DNA of 62,694 nucleotides, counting the filler. It is 3 parts of 3 records of this genome, joined end to end, with 100 filler letters (N's around TTAATTAATTAA, not from the genome) between each part and the next. Parts side by side here need not be neighbours in the genome. Positions count along the whole stretch, not along the records: positions 24,237 to 54,589 come from DRR378314_395; positions 54,690 to 62,694 come from DRR378314_436; 1 more part is not named here. The stretch is one strand, 5' to 3'. The notes under the pieces are model-generated. The model made no database searches and was not told where the DNA came from. It saw only the letters and a program-made list of their open reading frames with translations. Position numbers and translations under genes: made by a program. Below are positions 47,401 to 59,114 of this stretch, piece after piece; within the stretch, counting starts at the first letter, position 1; each line of letters starts with the position of its first letter.

Positions 47401-50053
47401 GCGCGTGCCGAATCGTGTTGAATGTGACGTATCCAATTCCTGTGCTTCCGTGCTCCGCGCGCAGCTGGCGATCGATCTGGATTCGCAGCTTCTCCACTCG
47501 CTTCGAGTACACGCGAATCGCGTCCGCACGCACGCAGCAGCACGGGACGCCTGTGACTAGCGTTCCCCAGACACGCGGCCGCTGCCCGGTCTCCAAGAGA
47601 ATATTCAGAAAGTAGTCCAGTCTTGCGGGTTCGCAGCACGAGGGAGGAAAGGAGAGAAACAGGAAAGTCAGCATCACGCGCGCTGCCAAACATGCGACAC
47701 GCTGATCCAGCGGGAGCTGCCGCGCCGCTCTACACCTCAAGGAACCGCCGCAATAACTTTCGTTCCCCAGAGCCACAGTTTCGGTCCCTGGAAGAAGGTT
47801 TGCACACGCGCTGCACCATGCGCGATCCTTTCGCACGAACAAGACGGGACCACGCACTCAGCCACGGCTTTTGGCAGCACAGTGCGTTCTTATGCGCGCC
47901 CTCACACGCCGCAACTGCACCACGGCTTGAACAACACGCACGCACGAAGAAAGCAGCAAGAACGAGCAGATGGACTCTCCAGGAGCGCCAGTGCGCTCTT
48001 CTCGCAACATGGAAATGCCAAGTAGGACACGCCGCGGCTTTGGGAAAATAATCCCCTGCGCGCGCCGGCGCTCGCACCTCTTTCGGTACAACTTGCGCTC
48101 CTCGACGAGCGAGTCGAGGAATCCGTAGTCGAGAACAACGCAAGCGTCCAGGATTGCGCCAGGATACCGCTCCTCGACGTAGGACCGCAGCATGTTGTCG
48201 ACCATGTGCCGCGGAAGGTTTCTAGTACATCAACCGCCGCAAGGGCAAACCAGCGGGGTGAACGTGTACAACGCATGGGTGGGTGAGGTCGGTGCGATTC
48301 GCGTGCTGAAGCGCATTCTGACGCAGCGCAAACGTGTGCGTGGCAAGAGGAAACGACACTGATTTGAGCACTGCGCTCTCCCGCGACGCACTCCCCGTGC
48401 GGGCAACTACAGCGCGATGATACGGAGTTGCACAAACGCTAGTTCCATCAAGATCCTGTTGTAAGAAGCAGTGTCATTACATAGAGAAAAAAAAAACAAC
48501 CTGCGTGGATACGCTACAGAACGCCCTCCGGTTACAGTGGAAAGAATCACACGTGCGAACTGCAATCCCAGGCGTATCGGAACGCAACTGGTTCAGGTAC
48601 ACTTCGTTTCTGAGTACAGACCCACAACGAGAGTGTGAGACCGCCGCTGGTAGTGCGCGGAGTCGATTGGTCCAACCTAGTAATCGTTTCTAGACTCTAT
48701 CCGCCTCTACGCACCTGAATTCGACGGAGTATTTCGCCACGGCGCTCTCGCGCTTTGTGCGGACGAAGCTGTCGCGCACTGTACCTTGGAAGCGCACAAA
48801 GAGGCGCTTCAGAATAAAGAAGAATACGACTGCAACGACCAGGTGCACGTATAGACGATTGGAACGCGCGGCAATATTTTGCGCACTGACATACTGCAGC
48901 GGTTTTGGATTCTGAATACGTAAGAAGGATACACCCAGAACGAGGGACGGGCGGGCAGAGAGTCAGGGAAAGAGGAAGAGACAGACTGAGGGAGCCGAGG
49001 TGCTGATAGTGCGAGATCGACCGCAGCACTGCCTCGACAGCCATCGCAACAAGAGCACCTAGACAAAACATTTGCCGATCTCCTTTTTTTGAAAAAAAAA
49101 CTACGAGTACGCAGAGATGCGGTCGGCTACAGACGCATACTTCCTCCCAGGAGGAGGCGAGGCGTCCGCCTATGCGTCTCGTGTGCGCCCGCATTCGCCG
49201 CTTTGGAGACGTACCGTCGCGCGCCGTTCCCCTCCAGCCGTCGCGTTCACGGGAATCAGCACCAATGCAGCAATGCACGTGAGCGCGAGGAGATGGTGTA
49301 TGATATCGCGCTGGAATTTCAGGTACTCCAGCGCGTCCACGCCGCAGCGGCGGACAATGAAATCATCGTTTTGGCTGAAGAGTACCGGTTGCAGCCAGGC
49401 CCACGCGGAGCGCTTGCTGCAAGCGAGTCGAAGCAGCACCGCACACAAGCATGGGAGAAGAACAGGTCAACAGCATGCCGCATATACCACATGTGCTGAT
49501 GTTACACCGTAATCAATGCAGAACAATAAGGAAAATCTTCAAAAAGGGACTATTCGCGGCACAAGGACCAGTATCCGCAGCGGATTTTCGTGCACAAGCC
49601 GCACAGTTCGCCAACGTACGCGTGCGTATCGCGAAACGGTGATTCGAGTTGCTCCGTTCCATCGCTAAATACCTCATCATCCCGACTGGAGCGAAACGGG
49701 GCCGAAGCGCGCGCAAGAGAACGAAACTTTCGTCAGCAAATACGCGATAAACCGATCCAACGTACAGTGGCTCTTTTCCACGTAGCTGGGCGAGAAATGC
49801 CAGTTGGCAGTAGAACAGAGAATGATGGACAGTACACAGACGGTCGTGTCGCACGGAGCATCAACGGCTCGACCGTGTCCCAACAGGTTAGCACACGCAC
49901 ACAAGCACGGTGGCCGATTCGCGCATACCTTTGACGAAGCTCGCGTTGCGCGTACGCGCAGTAGAAGACTGCCGCAGCGAAGATTGCGAGATCGATCGTA
50001 AAAGTGGTGACGAGGGCTGATATTTCCGGGTCCGAGACGTGGAAAAGAGGCAT
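44491..50053 (-). CDS. OSCA/TMEM63 (CSC1) mechanosensitive/osmosensitive cation channel, multi-exon
   Basis: TM0 exon MPLFHVSDPEISALVTTFTIDLAIF; CGVDALEYLKFQR...VLIPVNAT; GIGYVTFN; AAPDPSDIIWRNM; FEFGYNYA...YSVLVPMILPFGLLYF; HYTDKYSL. Confidence 0.9.
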
Positions 50054-51768
50054 CGTGGCAACAACACTTTCGGCGGTGTGCGTCCGCGGCAGACTGCACG
50101 TGCGCTGCACTCGACTGCAACGACGCCATGTCACGTCATCAAGGGCCCATACAGAAGAGAACGAAAGACATTGTTACAAAATCGTGGACCTCGAGAATTA
50201 TGGTAAACAACATGCAGGGTTATTGTGCAGGCTGACAACTTGTGCGCCCTGCTCTAACCGCCGCAAAGCGAAAGCAACTCGTTGTCAGCCGGGACGCTTG
50301 CACACGACACTATGACGCGACAGAGCACGCCGGGCTCGCATGAAAGCTGCACCCCGGAAATCATTCCTCGCTCCATAAATTCGCTGGAGCACAGTCTAAT
50401 CTGAGGTCGCATCTGGTCCGTGCAGCATTACGCGCAGCATGTGTGACGACGTTGTTACGCCGCGAGCAGCCAGAGCAGGGCGAGCTGGTTCAGCATCGCA
50501 AAACCGGCCGCCCTCCAACTGCGCGCGCAGCAAAACGGGGCACACCAACGCCCTGCACCGGGGAATGGCGCAAGCTCGCGCGTCCCGTCATCGCACAGCA
50601 ACCACACACATTGTATCACCGTACCACGGTGTGTTTCCGCACGTGGTTTTCGTGTTGGTGCCTCTCTTTGGCAACTCTCGCTCTTTTTCGACCTCGCTGC
50701 CGCTGGTGCAAAGAGTGCGCGCGGAAGTGCTCAGAAAGCGTCGCGTTGCGGCCCAAGTGGGTGGTGGGAGATCTCTCAATCTTGAACATCTGATAAAGAG
50801 GTTGGCAGTGCAGAGCCAAAGGAAACGCGCAGCGACTCCTGCACGGGAGAGAAAATGCGCCAGTACTTTCCCCCCGTCTGACACATACGCATTTGTATTA
50901 TCTCGCCATCCCTTCAGAACCATGTTACGAAAATCCTATATAAGAATCGTTCTCGGTATCTCTAGGAGACTCAAAGGGCTCTAATGGAATAGCCTCCAAA
51001 TAACAGGCACACAATTTTCGCGCTGCGCTCTTCCCAGAGGGAAGGGGGGGGGCGGAAATGCGCCGCCTGCAGTAGCAGCAACACAGCGCAAATAGCCCTA
51101 CACCTCCCAACCGCTTCTCAGACCGCCAGTTGCACTGCGGACCCCCCGTTCGCGCGCGCACAACGCGCACCGGCACCAGCCCGACCAGCGCACGCCGGCA
51201 CGCCGACGGACCTTCTCCTGCTCGCAGGGAGCGGCTACTTGTTGACCTGTAATGGGGTGCGTATTACATCGAAGCCGTGGGAGTAGCGAGATTGGTCCTC
51301 GTGTTATATTTCTTCGAGGGCATGTGTCCGCTGCGCACGGCGCGCACGCCCTGTTCGCTCCGCGTTCCCCGATCGGCTTTGCGCGCTTGCAAGCTAGCGC
51401 CAGCGCAATGGGGCCGCGAAGGCCCAGATTGTTGGCGCAACGTTCTTGCGGCTCGACACGCTGTCCTCTGTGCACAATGTGTGTATCTGCTCGTTTCTTT
51501 CTAGTCGATGAACAGTATCTGTGTAAGATGCTGCGGGCCCCTGCTTCCGCTGAAGCCGTTGCACACTGGCGTGTTGCGTAGCCGTTGCTGCTGCGCCGGT
51601 CCACCGCCGCTGCAAAGGCCTCGGCCTCGAACGCGGAAACAAACCGTTCTCCTCCGTAGACCCGCAGAATTTCGCCAATGCTGCCGTGCCGAGTCGAAAT
51701 TGTAGCTATTTCTTACTCATAATGTGAAGAGGTTGTGGTCGTTTGCTTTGCACTGTTCGGGATTGCAG

Positions 51769-54548
51769 CGTGCTGAAGAAGATTCGCGGGAAGCGTGGAC
51801 GCTCCAAGGGCGACGAGCTCGAGCCGTTGGCGGCAGCAGGCGGACATCTCTCACCTTCGCACGCAGAGGCACCCGCAAATGGGAACCGCCAGTCCTATCC
51901 TGCCAATGTTCCCAATGTAAGTACAATATATATTTTTTTGTTCGAGGGGAGAAAGAAAGGGAAAGGGGTTCCGTATTCGCTTTTGATAGCTTCACTTTGC
52001 GTATTGTCGCGGCCCGTGCGAGCAGAGGAACGGAGCTGCCCTTTGTCGTCTCTTCTACCGACACATGGGGGGGTCTCTCTCTGGTCCTCGGGCTTTGTGG
52101 TACGATGGTTTTCTCTTATCGTTTGTTCGTATGTGCCACCCTATGTTGAGAAGTTGCCTGTTCGCCATACAGTTGATGAGGATGGTCTGTACGACGTTCA
52201 TGGAAAGGGCGGTGCGTCGATACATATAGTGGACGAGTCCTACGTGGCGTTTGACGACTTGTCCGACTTTGACGAAGAGGCCGCGCTTTCTGCCAGAGAT
52301 CCAAAGAAAGGTTCTGTGAAGTGCGTTGAAACGATGTGTGCCATGAGGCCAAAGATTCACATGACAGGCTGGCACCGAGCTCTGAGGAGCCGATCGCTGG
52401 CACTCGCTAGTGCTGACAATTTTCGCGCCAGCGCGCTGCCGCCAGCCCACTGTGGCCGCTTGAAGTCCTGCAAATGGCGTGACGGCCATGCGAGCAGCTC
52501 TCAGTTTGTTTCTATTATCGCGCACTTGTCCCATATTGCCCTGATATGTCGCTAAGGATGTGGACTGGCTGCTTTCGACAGCAGGTGATGTGGTACGAGA
52601 GCTCTGATACAAAGTTACTTTTCTTTTTCCGTCGCTGCTCGTGGGCGCGCCGCAGCAAGGGGAGGTACATCCATGGCGAACTCGATCTCTGCAGCGTTAT
52701 GCCAGGAGAAGAGATTCGATACGAATATGATACAAAGGTGCACGCGCTATGCGATATCACGCTACTGTGCTGAACATTCTGATGACAGAGAGCTTGCCGA
52801 TTCGTCCTCTACTCAGTATCCTATCGTAGTTTCTCTGCGGAATTTCCTTGGTTTTGGAAATGCGAAGCGTCGTCCCCGCAAGTAGCATACTTGACGTCGT
52901 CTCATTAACTTCATGCAGAACGAATTCGTGTGAACCTTGACATACGTCCGATTATAATTCACTTAGTCAGCTGTGACTCTGTTGAGTATTCTGTTGACCG
53001 GCGCCGTAGATGTCGCGAGGACGGTCAGGAGCTGCGACTTTTCTCCATTTTTGCTCCAGGTGAGCCTTGAACGCTACCCCTTCCCCGTTTTTCTCACGTA
53101 TGCTCCATTTCGTGCATACCGCATATCCTATCGTTGCAGATGGAACGAACGCAGTATGAATATTGCATGGTACGAAGTGGCGTGTGTTTTGCTTCGGAAG
53201 GAATGGCCTGTCCAACGTCGTCGTCGCAGCAACAGTTGCGCGTCCGCCATCCAGTAGGCTCCGCGCGCTCGGTGTTGCGCTGCCAAGCTCGCTGCATGAG
53301 CATTATTGGTGTGGAGTATGCAGGGATGTGTTCGGAGCCCGCTGTGGGATGTATTCGTTTGGAAGAATTCTCATCGTGCTGAGCGCTGCTTGGGATATTT
53401 TCGCCCGCTCCTTCAGACCTGGGAATGGCCGGCTGAAAGCGCTGACCTTGAGGAAAAGCGGGTGAAGCTTCTCGCCAAGCTGCGCGCCGCCGAGCTCATT
53501 GTCGACCTATACCTCTCGCGCGATCGCGATACTATCTTTGTGTGCATTGGCGCCGAACTGGAACGACTGGCGCGCCGCGTACGTTGTTCTGCTGAGACGG
53601 TGCATCTCTGCCTCTCTAATTTCGCCGACGACGAGCCCGTAGCCCTTTCTTTTTCAGTTGCGTCCTTTCTGTTTCGGACTGCAGAAATCGAGGCCCTTGC
53701 ACGCATAGCACGAGTTGGCAATGTTCTGAGCTTTTGTTACGAACTGTACTCGTGCGCATTCTCGCTCGCGTCGTCGCAATTCGTGCCGTGGTTTGCAGGC
53801 GGAAATCATTGGCGCTTCCTACAAGTGCAATCCGATTGTGCTTCCTTCGCCACCGGGCGCCCCGCTGGGAAAGTACAAGCTCAATCACATGTTTTCCCCG
53901 TTTACGCGTGCGGAAGCAAAAGAAGGAAAATTCAAGTTTGGCGGCGAGCACGTGGCGTACTCAAAGTGCGTGCCAGCAGCAGCGAGCAAGCGAGTGATGT
54001 AGGCGCTGCGCTTCGTCGTGCAACGTGCACGCGGGCGCCGCGCTGCTAGCCGGTCTCCGTACAGACAAGGGGACACTGGAGTCGCCAGATCCTCTCTTTG
54101 CCGATGTTTTCCTGCTTTACGTATGACACTTACCTTTATCTCGCGTCCGCTCTCGTGACTCTGCTCTGCCGCGCGGTTTGGTGCATTGTATGCCACAATC
54201 CTGGCGCAAATCCCCTTGTCGTGTCCCATTTTGCGCCGAGCGAATTCGGTAGCCGGGGCTCCATGTCGTGCGATACTCTGATTATATAGCATTACCTTGG
54301 TATCGGCTGTCGGTGCTGTTCCGTATTGCAGACGGCGCCAGCAGCTTGTGTTGAACATAATGCGCGCAAAGCCGGAGCTCGGTGGAGCTGGGATCGTTCC
54401 CCGTGACCTCCTGCACGACGAAATCATTCGGCAGCTGTTCCCTCTTCACGAAGACTCGAAACTCGAGCACCTTGTGCGAGAGTGGGCCACTGCATTTACA
54501 TCGTTTTCTCAGCCACTCGAAGACATTAATGATTATTTCGGCGAAAAG
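51769..54548 (+). CDS. Anoctamin/TMEM16 family protein, N-terminal cytosolic exons only (start unresolved, 3' truncated by the contig end)
   Basis: Exon 54332-54548 reads RRQQLVLNIM...IIRQLFPLHE...W...QPLEDINDYFGEK, the anoctamin pre-TM1 signature. An upstream exon reads KLRAAELIVDLYLSRDRDTIFVCIGA. Assignment of the most 5' exons is tentative. Confidence 0.8.
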
Positions 54549-54589
54549 GTGCGTTTGTCGGCGAAACGAACGCCGCGGAGGCGCAGGTT

Positions 54590-54689
54590 NNNNNNNNNNN
54601 NNNNNNNNNNNNNNNNNNNNNNNNNNNNNNNNNTTAATTAATTAANNNNNNNNNNNNNNNNNNNNNNNNNNNNNNNNNNNNNNNNNNNN
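54590..54689. other. Artificial contig spacer
   Basis: Same N44-TTAATTAATTAA-N44 linker as at 24137. Confidence 0.98.
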
Positions 54690-54727
54690 CATTCCCGAAG
54701 GGGGTTATCGGGAATCCAACTTACCCT

Positions 54728-55390
54728 TCAAGAAGAAACTTTCGGCGGTTCCACTTCAAGTTTCTGAGCAGCAATAACAGCCTGGGTGCGCGAGTGCACT
54801 CCCAGCTTGCGCAGAATAGCCGTCACGTGGGCCTTAATAGTGGCTTCTGAGACGCTAAGCTCATAGGCGATCTGTTTATTCAACAAACCTTCCGTCAGCA
54901 TATTGAGCACACGAAACTGCTGCGGCGTCAGTGAGGCAATTGCCTCCGCAAAACGCGACTCTTCTTCGCTGGTTTCATCTAAGACGTTCGCCAACGCTTC
55001 TGGCAGCCAAACTTCCCCTTGCAGAATTTCCCCCACCGCTTCAGCAATCAACTGTAGCGAGGAAGATTTAGGAATAAAGCCTGACGCGCCATAATCGATC
55101 GCACGACGTACTACATAGGGCTCGTCACTGCCTGAAACAACCGCCACCGGAATATCGGGCATCTGGCCACGCAATTGAATCAAACCTGAGAAGCCATGCG
55201 CTCCTGGCATATGGAGGTCTAGCAAAATCAAATCAGCATCAGGATGTCGATTAACGACCTCAGTGGTGGCTTCCATGGTGTCGGCTTCGACAATCTCAGC
55301 CTGGGGGGCTAACTGGCGCAACGCCTGAGTGAGCGCTGCACGAAACAGCGGATGGTCGTCTGCGACGATAAACTTATGGGCTACTGCCAT
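54728..55390 (-). CDS. NarL/LuxR-family response regulator, ErdR/CrbR-like
   Basis: IVADDHPLFR, LLDLHMPGAHGFSGL and HTH SLTPQQFRVL...GLLNKQIAYELSVSEATIKAH. Adjacent to acs. Confidence 0.9.
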   Translation of the reverse strand: MAVAHKFIVADDHPLFRAALTQALRQLAPQAEIVEADTMEATTEVVNRHPDADLILLDLHMPGAHGFSGLIQLRGQMPDIPVAVVSGSDEPYVVRRAIDYGASGFIPKSSSLQLIAEAVGEILQGEVWLPEALANVLDETSEEESRFAEAIASLTPQQFRVLNMLTEGLLNKQIAYELSVSEATIKAHVTAILRKLGVHSRTQAVIAAQKLEVEPPKVSS

Positions 55391-55529
55391 GGATATTCCT
55401 CCGGTTCCTCGAGCAGCGGGGTTGACTACCGCCGCGACGCTAGGCTCATACGGTTGAAGCATGGTACCCCATGGGCTTCGTCATTCCCAAGCATCACATG
55501 CACTATTTGTCATAGATACGTCATCCAAA

Positions 55530-55564
55530 CAGAAATAACAGTGCCGGCTCCATGGCCGGCACTG
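55530..55564 (-). terminator. Intrinsic terminator between acs and the regulator gene
   Basis: 10-bp stem CAGTGCCGGC/GCCGGCACTG, followed on the minus strand by TTATTTCTGTTT. Confidence 0.6.
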
Positions 55565-55663
55565 CAACGGATCTGTCCAGTTTGCCTTATTTAACATAGC
55601 AAATGAATGACATCCGTCATTTAAAAGTGCCCCCATTAGAAAGATAACTGGGGGCAAAGAGCA

Positions 55664-57613
55664 TTACTGGTTGGCACGATGCTCGATGAGTTCGTCCACC
55701 ACCGACGGATCAGCCAGCGTGCTGGTATCGCCCAGGCCGTCACACTCATTAGCTGCAATTTTACGTAAAATGCGCCGCATAATTTTACCAGAACGTGTTT
55801 TTGGCAGCCCTGGCGCCCACTGAATTACATCTGGCGATGCAATCGGGCCAATATCTTTACGTACCCATTGAGTCAGCTCTTTCTTGAGTTCATCGGTGGG
55901 ATCAACATCATCATTGAGCGTTACATAGATATAGATGCCCTGGCCCTTAATATCGTGCGGGAAGCCAACGACGGCGGCTTCTGCCACTGCCGAGTGAGCA
56001 ACCAGAGACGACTCTATTTCAGCAGTGCCCATACGGTGGCCTGAGACGTTAAGCACGTCGTCAACCCGCCCTGTAATCCAGTAATAGCCATCCTCATCCC
56101 GACGACAGCCATCCCCAGTAAAATACATGCCGTCGTAAGTAGAGAAGTAGGTTTGTACAAAGCGTTCGTGGTCGCCCCAAATGGAGCGCGCTTGGCCCGG
56201 CCAGGAGTCGAGAATGACTAGATTGCCTTCCGTCTCGCCTTCTAATTTATGGCCTTCATTATCCACCAGCGCGGGGTTCACACCAAAGAAGGGCGTTGTC
56301 GCAGAACCAGGCTTTAGATCAGTAGCGCCGGGAAGTGGCGCGATCATAATGCCGCCCGTTTCGGTTTGCCACCAAGTATCCACAATAGGACACTGCTCAT
56401 TGCCAATAACGCGATAGAACCACTCCCAGGCTTCTGGGTTGATAGGTTCGCCAACAGAACCCAGCAAGCGCAGTGAATCACGTTTGCTAGAGTCCATCAC
56501 GTTATCACCATGCGCCATTAATGCACGGACAGCGGTAGGCGCGGTATAGAGGATATTGACCTGATGCTTATCGACAATTTCGCCCATTCGCCCATGGCTT
56601 GGATAGCTCGGCACGCCTTCAAACATTAGCGTGGTTGCACCATTGGCAAGCGGTCCGTACACGATATAGCTGTGGCCCGTCACCCAACCGACATCCGCTG
56701 TACACCAGTAAATTTCGCCTTCTTGATAGTCGAAAACATACTGATGGGTCATCGCGGCGTAGGTCAGGTAGCCGCCAGTGGTATGCTTTAAGCCCTTAGG
56801 CGCACCGGTTGACCCAGAGGTATAGAGAATAAACAGTGGATCTTCGGCATTCATGGCCTCAACTGGGCATTCGGTAGACTGCTTATCCACCAGCTCGTCA
56901 AACCAAATGTCACGACCTTCCTGCCAATCAATATCACCGCCTGTACGCTTCACCACCAATACGTTTTTACATACATCGGTGCCGTCGCGCGTCAGAGCCG
57001 AATCGACGTTCTCCTTAAGGGGAACGTGTTTACCACCACGCACCGACTCATCAGCAGTGATCACCAGTTTAGAATCAGCACCAATTACCCGCTGAGCGAC
57101 GGCGTCCGGCGAAAAACCGCCAAACACAACAGAGTGCACAGCACCAATACGGGCACATGCCAACATGGCCATGGCCGCCTCGGGAATCATCGGCATATAC
57201 AGCGTCACTGTATCGCCTTTGTTAACTCCCAGCGACTTCAGGCCGTTGGCCAGCTGGTTCGTGCGCTCATAAAGCTCACGGTAAGTAATGTGTTTTGAAT
57301 CGTTAGGGTTATCCCCTTCCCAGATAATCGCCGTTTGGTCGCCACGCTTCTCCAAATGGCGATCTAGACAGTTGGCGCTAACGTTTAGCTCACCATCTTC
57401 AAACCAGCGGATATCAACATTATCGCGTGCGAAGGAGGTGTTTTTAATCTTGGTTGGCGTCTTGATCCAATCCAGACGCTTTGCTTGCTCAGCCCAGAAA
57501 CTTTCCGGGTCGTCCATGGACTGCTGATACATTGCCGCATATTTATCTTTATCAGCCCATGCACTGGCAGCGATACTATCGCGCACTGGATAGACGTTTT
57601 TATGCTCGCTCAT
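55664..57613 (-). CDS. acs: Acetyl-CoA synthetase
   Basis: [45 protein letters not shown]. Start MSEHK at 57613. Confidence 0.97.
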   Translation of the reverse strand: MSEHKNVYPVRDSIAASAWADKDKYAAMYQQSMDDPESFWAEQAKRLDWIKTPTKIKNTSFARDNVDIRWFEDGELNVSANCLDRHLEKRGDQTAIIWEGDNPNDSKHITYRELYERTNQLANGLKSLGVNKGDTVTLYMPMIPEAAMAMLACARIGAVHSVVFGGFSPDAVAQRVIGADSKLVITADESVRGGKHVPLKENVDSALTRDGTDVCKNVLVVKRTGGDIDWQEGRDIWFDELVDKQSTECPVEAMNAEDPLFILYTSGSTGAPKGLKHTTGGYLTYAAMTHQYVFDYQEGEIYWCTADVGWVTGHSYIVYGPLANGATTLMFEGVPSYPSHGRMGEIVDKHQVNILYTAPTAVRALMAHGDNVMDSSKRDSLRLLGSVGEPINPEAWEWFYRVIGNEQCPIVDTWWQTETGGIMIAPLPGATDLKPGSATTPFFGVNPALVDNEGHKLEGETEGNLVILDSWPGQARSIWGDHERFVQTYFSTYDGMYFTGDGCRRDEDGYYWITGRVDDVLNVSGHRMGTAEIESSLVAHSAVAEAAVVGFPHDIKGQGIYIYVTLNDDVDPTDELKKELTQWVRKDIGPIASPDVIQWAPGLPKTRSGKIMRRILRKIAANECDGLGDTSTLADPSVVDELIEHRANQ

Positions 57614-57782
57614 GAAGTTGCCTCTGTCCGTGAAATTGCACTCTCTAGAAAATGGTGTCGGTATTATTATTAGTCGCACCGACGCGCTTAATATTTACCT
57701 AGCATAAACCTCCCAACGCCGGCTTCCCTTTAGACATTGGTATTAACATTTTCAATATTAAAAACAATAAGTTAAAACACTT

Positions 57783-58331
57783 TCAAGGTTTTCTAAAAGC
57801 ACTGTAGACCAAGGTCTGATCACAATGGCGGCAGCGATAGCGACGCCCCTTTACCACTAAAGAATGACGCCTGGCTGTGAAACAATGCGTTTGACAGCCA
57901 CATTGATAATAATATGGCCGAGACTGGGCATCCTGAACATCAAAGCGATGAGTCACCTTAGGCTCAAGGCCAAACAGGTCTCGCATGACGGCTTGCCATT
58001 CTCGGCCATGTGGTTTGAGCCGCGTGCCATTGGCTAAATGAAAGACTAACCAATGCGCCATTTCATGGGGAATCACCTCGTCAAAAAACGCCTGCCGATT
58101 ATTGCTCAGTAAAACAGGATTAAAACGCAGCCCGCCACGCCCTAGATGGGCCTGCCCTGCTGAGGCACCTTTTAGGTCGAACCACACCTTTGGCGCTGGC
58201 AGCGCAGGATAGACTTCTTGGCAGCGTCTTAACGCTTCATCAGTTCTGTCTCGCACGGCGTGCATGAGCGCCTCTGAAGAGAGTGTTGCAAGTTTTTCAG
58301 CAGGCCATGGGGGCAGTGGTAAAGTCTTCAT
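57783..58331 (-). CDS. sprT: SprT-family zinc metalloprotein
   Basis: AGQAH, LRFNPVLL, HEMAH (HExxH), PHGREWQ and a C-terminal CGC/CRHC zinc ribbon. The start may be further upstream. Confidence 0.88.
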   Translation of the reverse strand: MKTLPLPPWPAEKLATLSSEALMHAVRDRTDEALRRCQEVYPALPAPKVWFDLKGASAGQAHLGRGGLRFNPVLLSNNRQAFFDEVIPHEMAHWLVFHLANGTRLKPHGREWQAVMRDLFGLEPKVTHRFDVQDAQSRPYYYQCGCQTHCFTARRHSLVVKGRRYRCRHCDQTLVYSAFRKP

Positions 58332-58421
58332 TAGTGATAAACTAACCAGTAACGATGTTGCCAACGAGTGTTGCCGATCAACATCTTTTTCTCAAAGACG
58401 ATTTTTATGATGAGGCCCCTT

Positions 58422-59096
58422 ATGGCAGAGCGCAATAACGTTCCCGCAGCAACGTCGCCCAATACCACCCCACCTCAGCCGCTACTTGATGACGAGCAAC
58501 TTGATCGATTGGATGACTTTCTCGACTCAGAGCAGGTCGGCGAAGATGCGCTGGATCTTATCTCTGCCCATGGCTTTTTAGTGGCGCTGGCAGTTGCCCC
58601 TAGCGAATTACCCACCAGTCAATGGCTAGCTGAGCTGTTTCAGGGAGAGCCAAGTTATCGGGATGATGCCGAGCGAGACGAGATTATCCAACTGTTAACA
58701 CTGCTACGTGACAACGCCGTCGCAGTGCTTGAACAAGGTGGTTTACCAGAGCTACCCTTCGAGCTAACGCTCGATGGCATCCCCGCTGAAGAAACGCCTA
58801 TCGGCGACTGGTGCGCGGGGTTTATGGAAGGTGTCTTTAGCGACGAAAGCGCGTGGTTCCAAGATGACGAAGAGGCTGCCGCCACGCTACTGTTACCCTT
58901 TATGTCGCTCTCAGGTTTATTCGATGATGAGCCAGAAATGGCTGAGATGGCCCAAGATCAGGCCAGTCAGGAAACCTTTGTTGCTCAATTGCCAGAATTA
59001 GTCCTGGATCTTTATCTTCACTACCGCGTGCCCCCCGAAACGCCGAAACCTAAGCCACGCAAGAAAACCCCGGCCAAAGGTAAAAAGCGTCGATAG
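58422..59096 (+). CDS. UPF0149/YecA-family protein
   Basis: LDRLDDFL, AHGFLVAL, WCAGFMEGV. Lys-rich tail with no SEC-C motif. Confidence 0.85.
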   Translation: MAERNNVPAATSPNTTPPQPLLDDEQLDRLDDFLDSEQVGEDALDLISAHGFLVALAVAPSELPTSQWLAELFQGEPSYRDDAERDEIIQLLTLLRDNAVAVLEQGGLPELPFELTLDGIPAEETPIGDWCAGFMEGVFSDESAWFQDDEEAAATLLLPFMSLSGLFDDEPEMAEMAQDQASQETFVAQLPELVLDLYLHYRVPPETPKPKPRKKTPAKGKKRR

Positions 59097-59114
59097 CCGA
59101 TTGCTAACCGCGCA

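Noticed and set aside
50439..50984. 181-aa ORF between OSCA and the anoctamin gene
   Set aside because: No motifs and low-complexity composition. Probably promoter or UTR sequence, though not excluded without transcript data.
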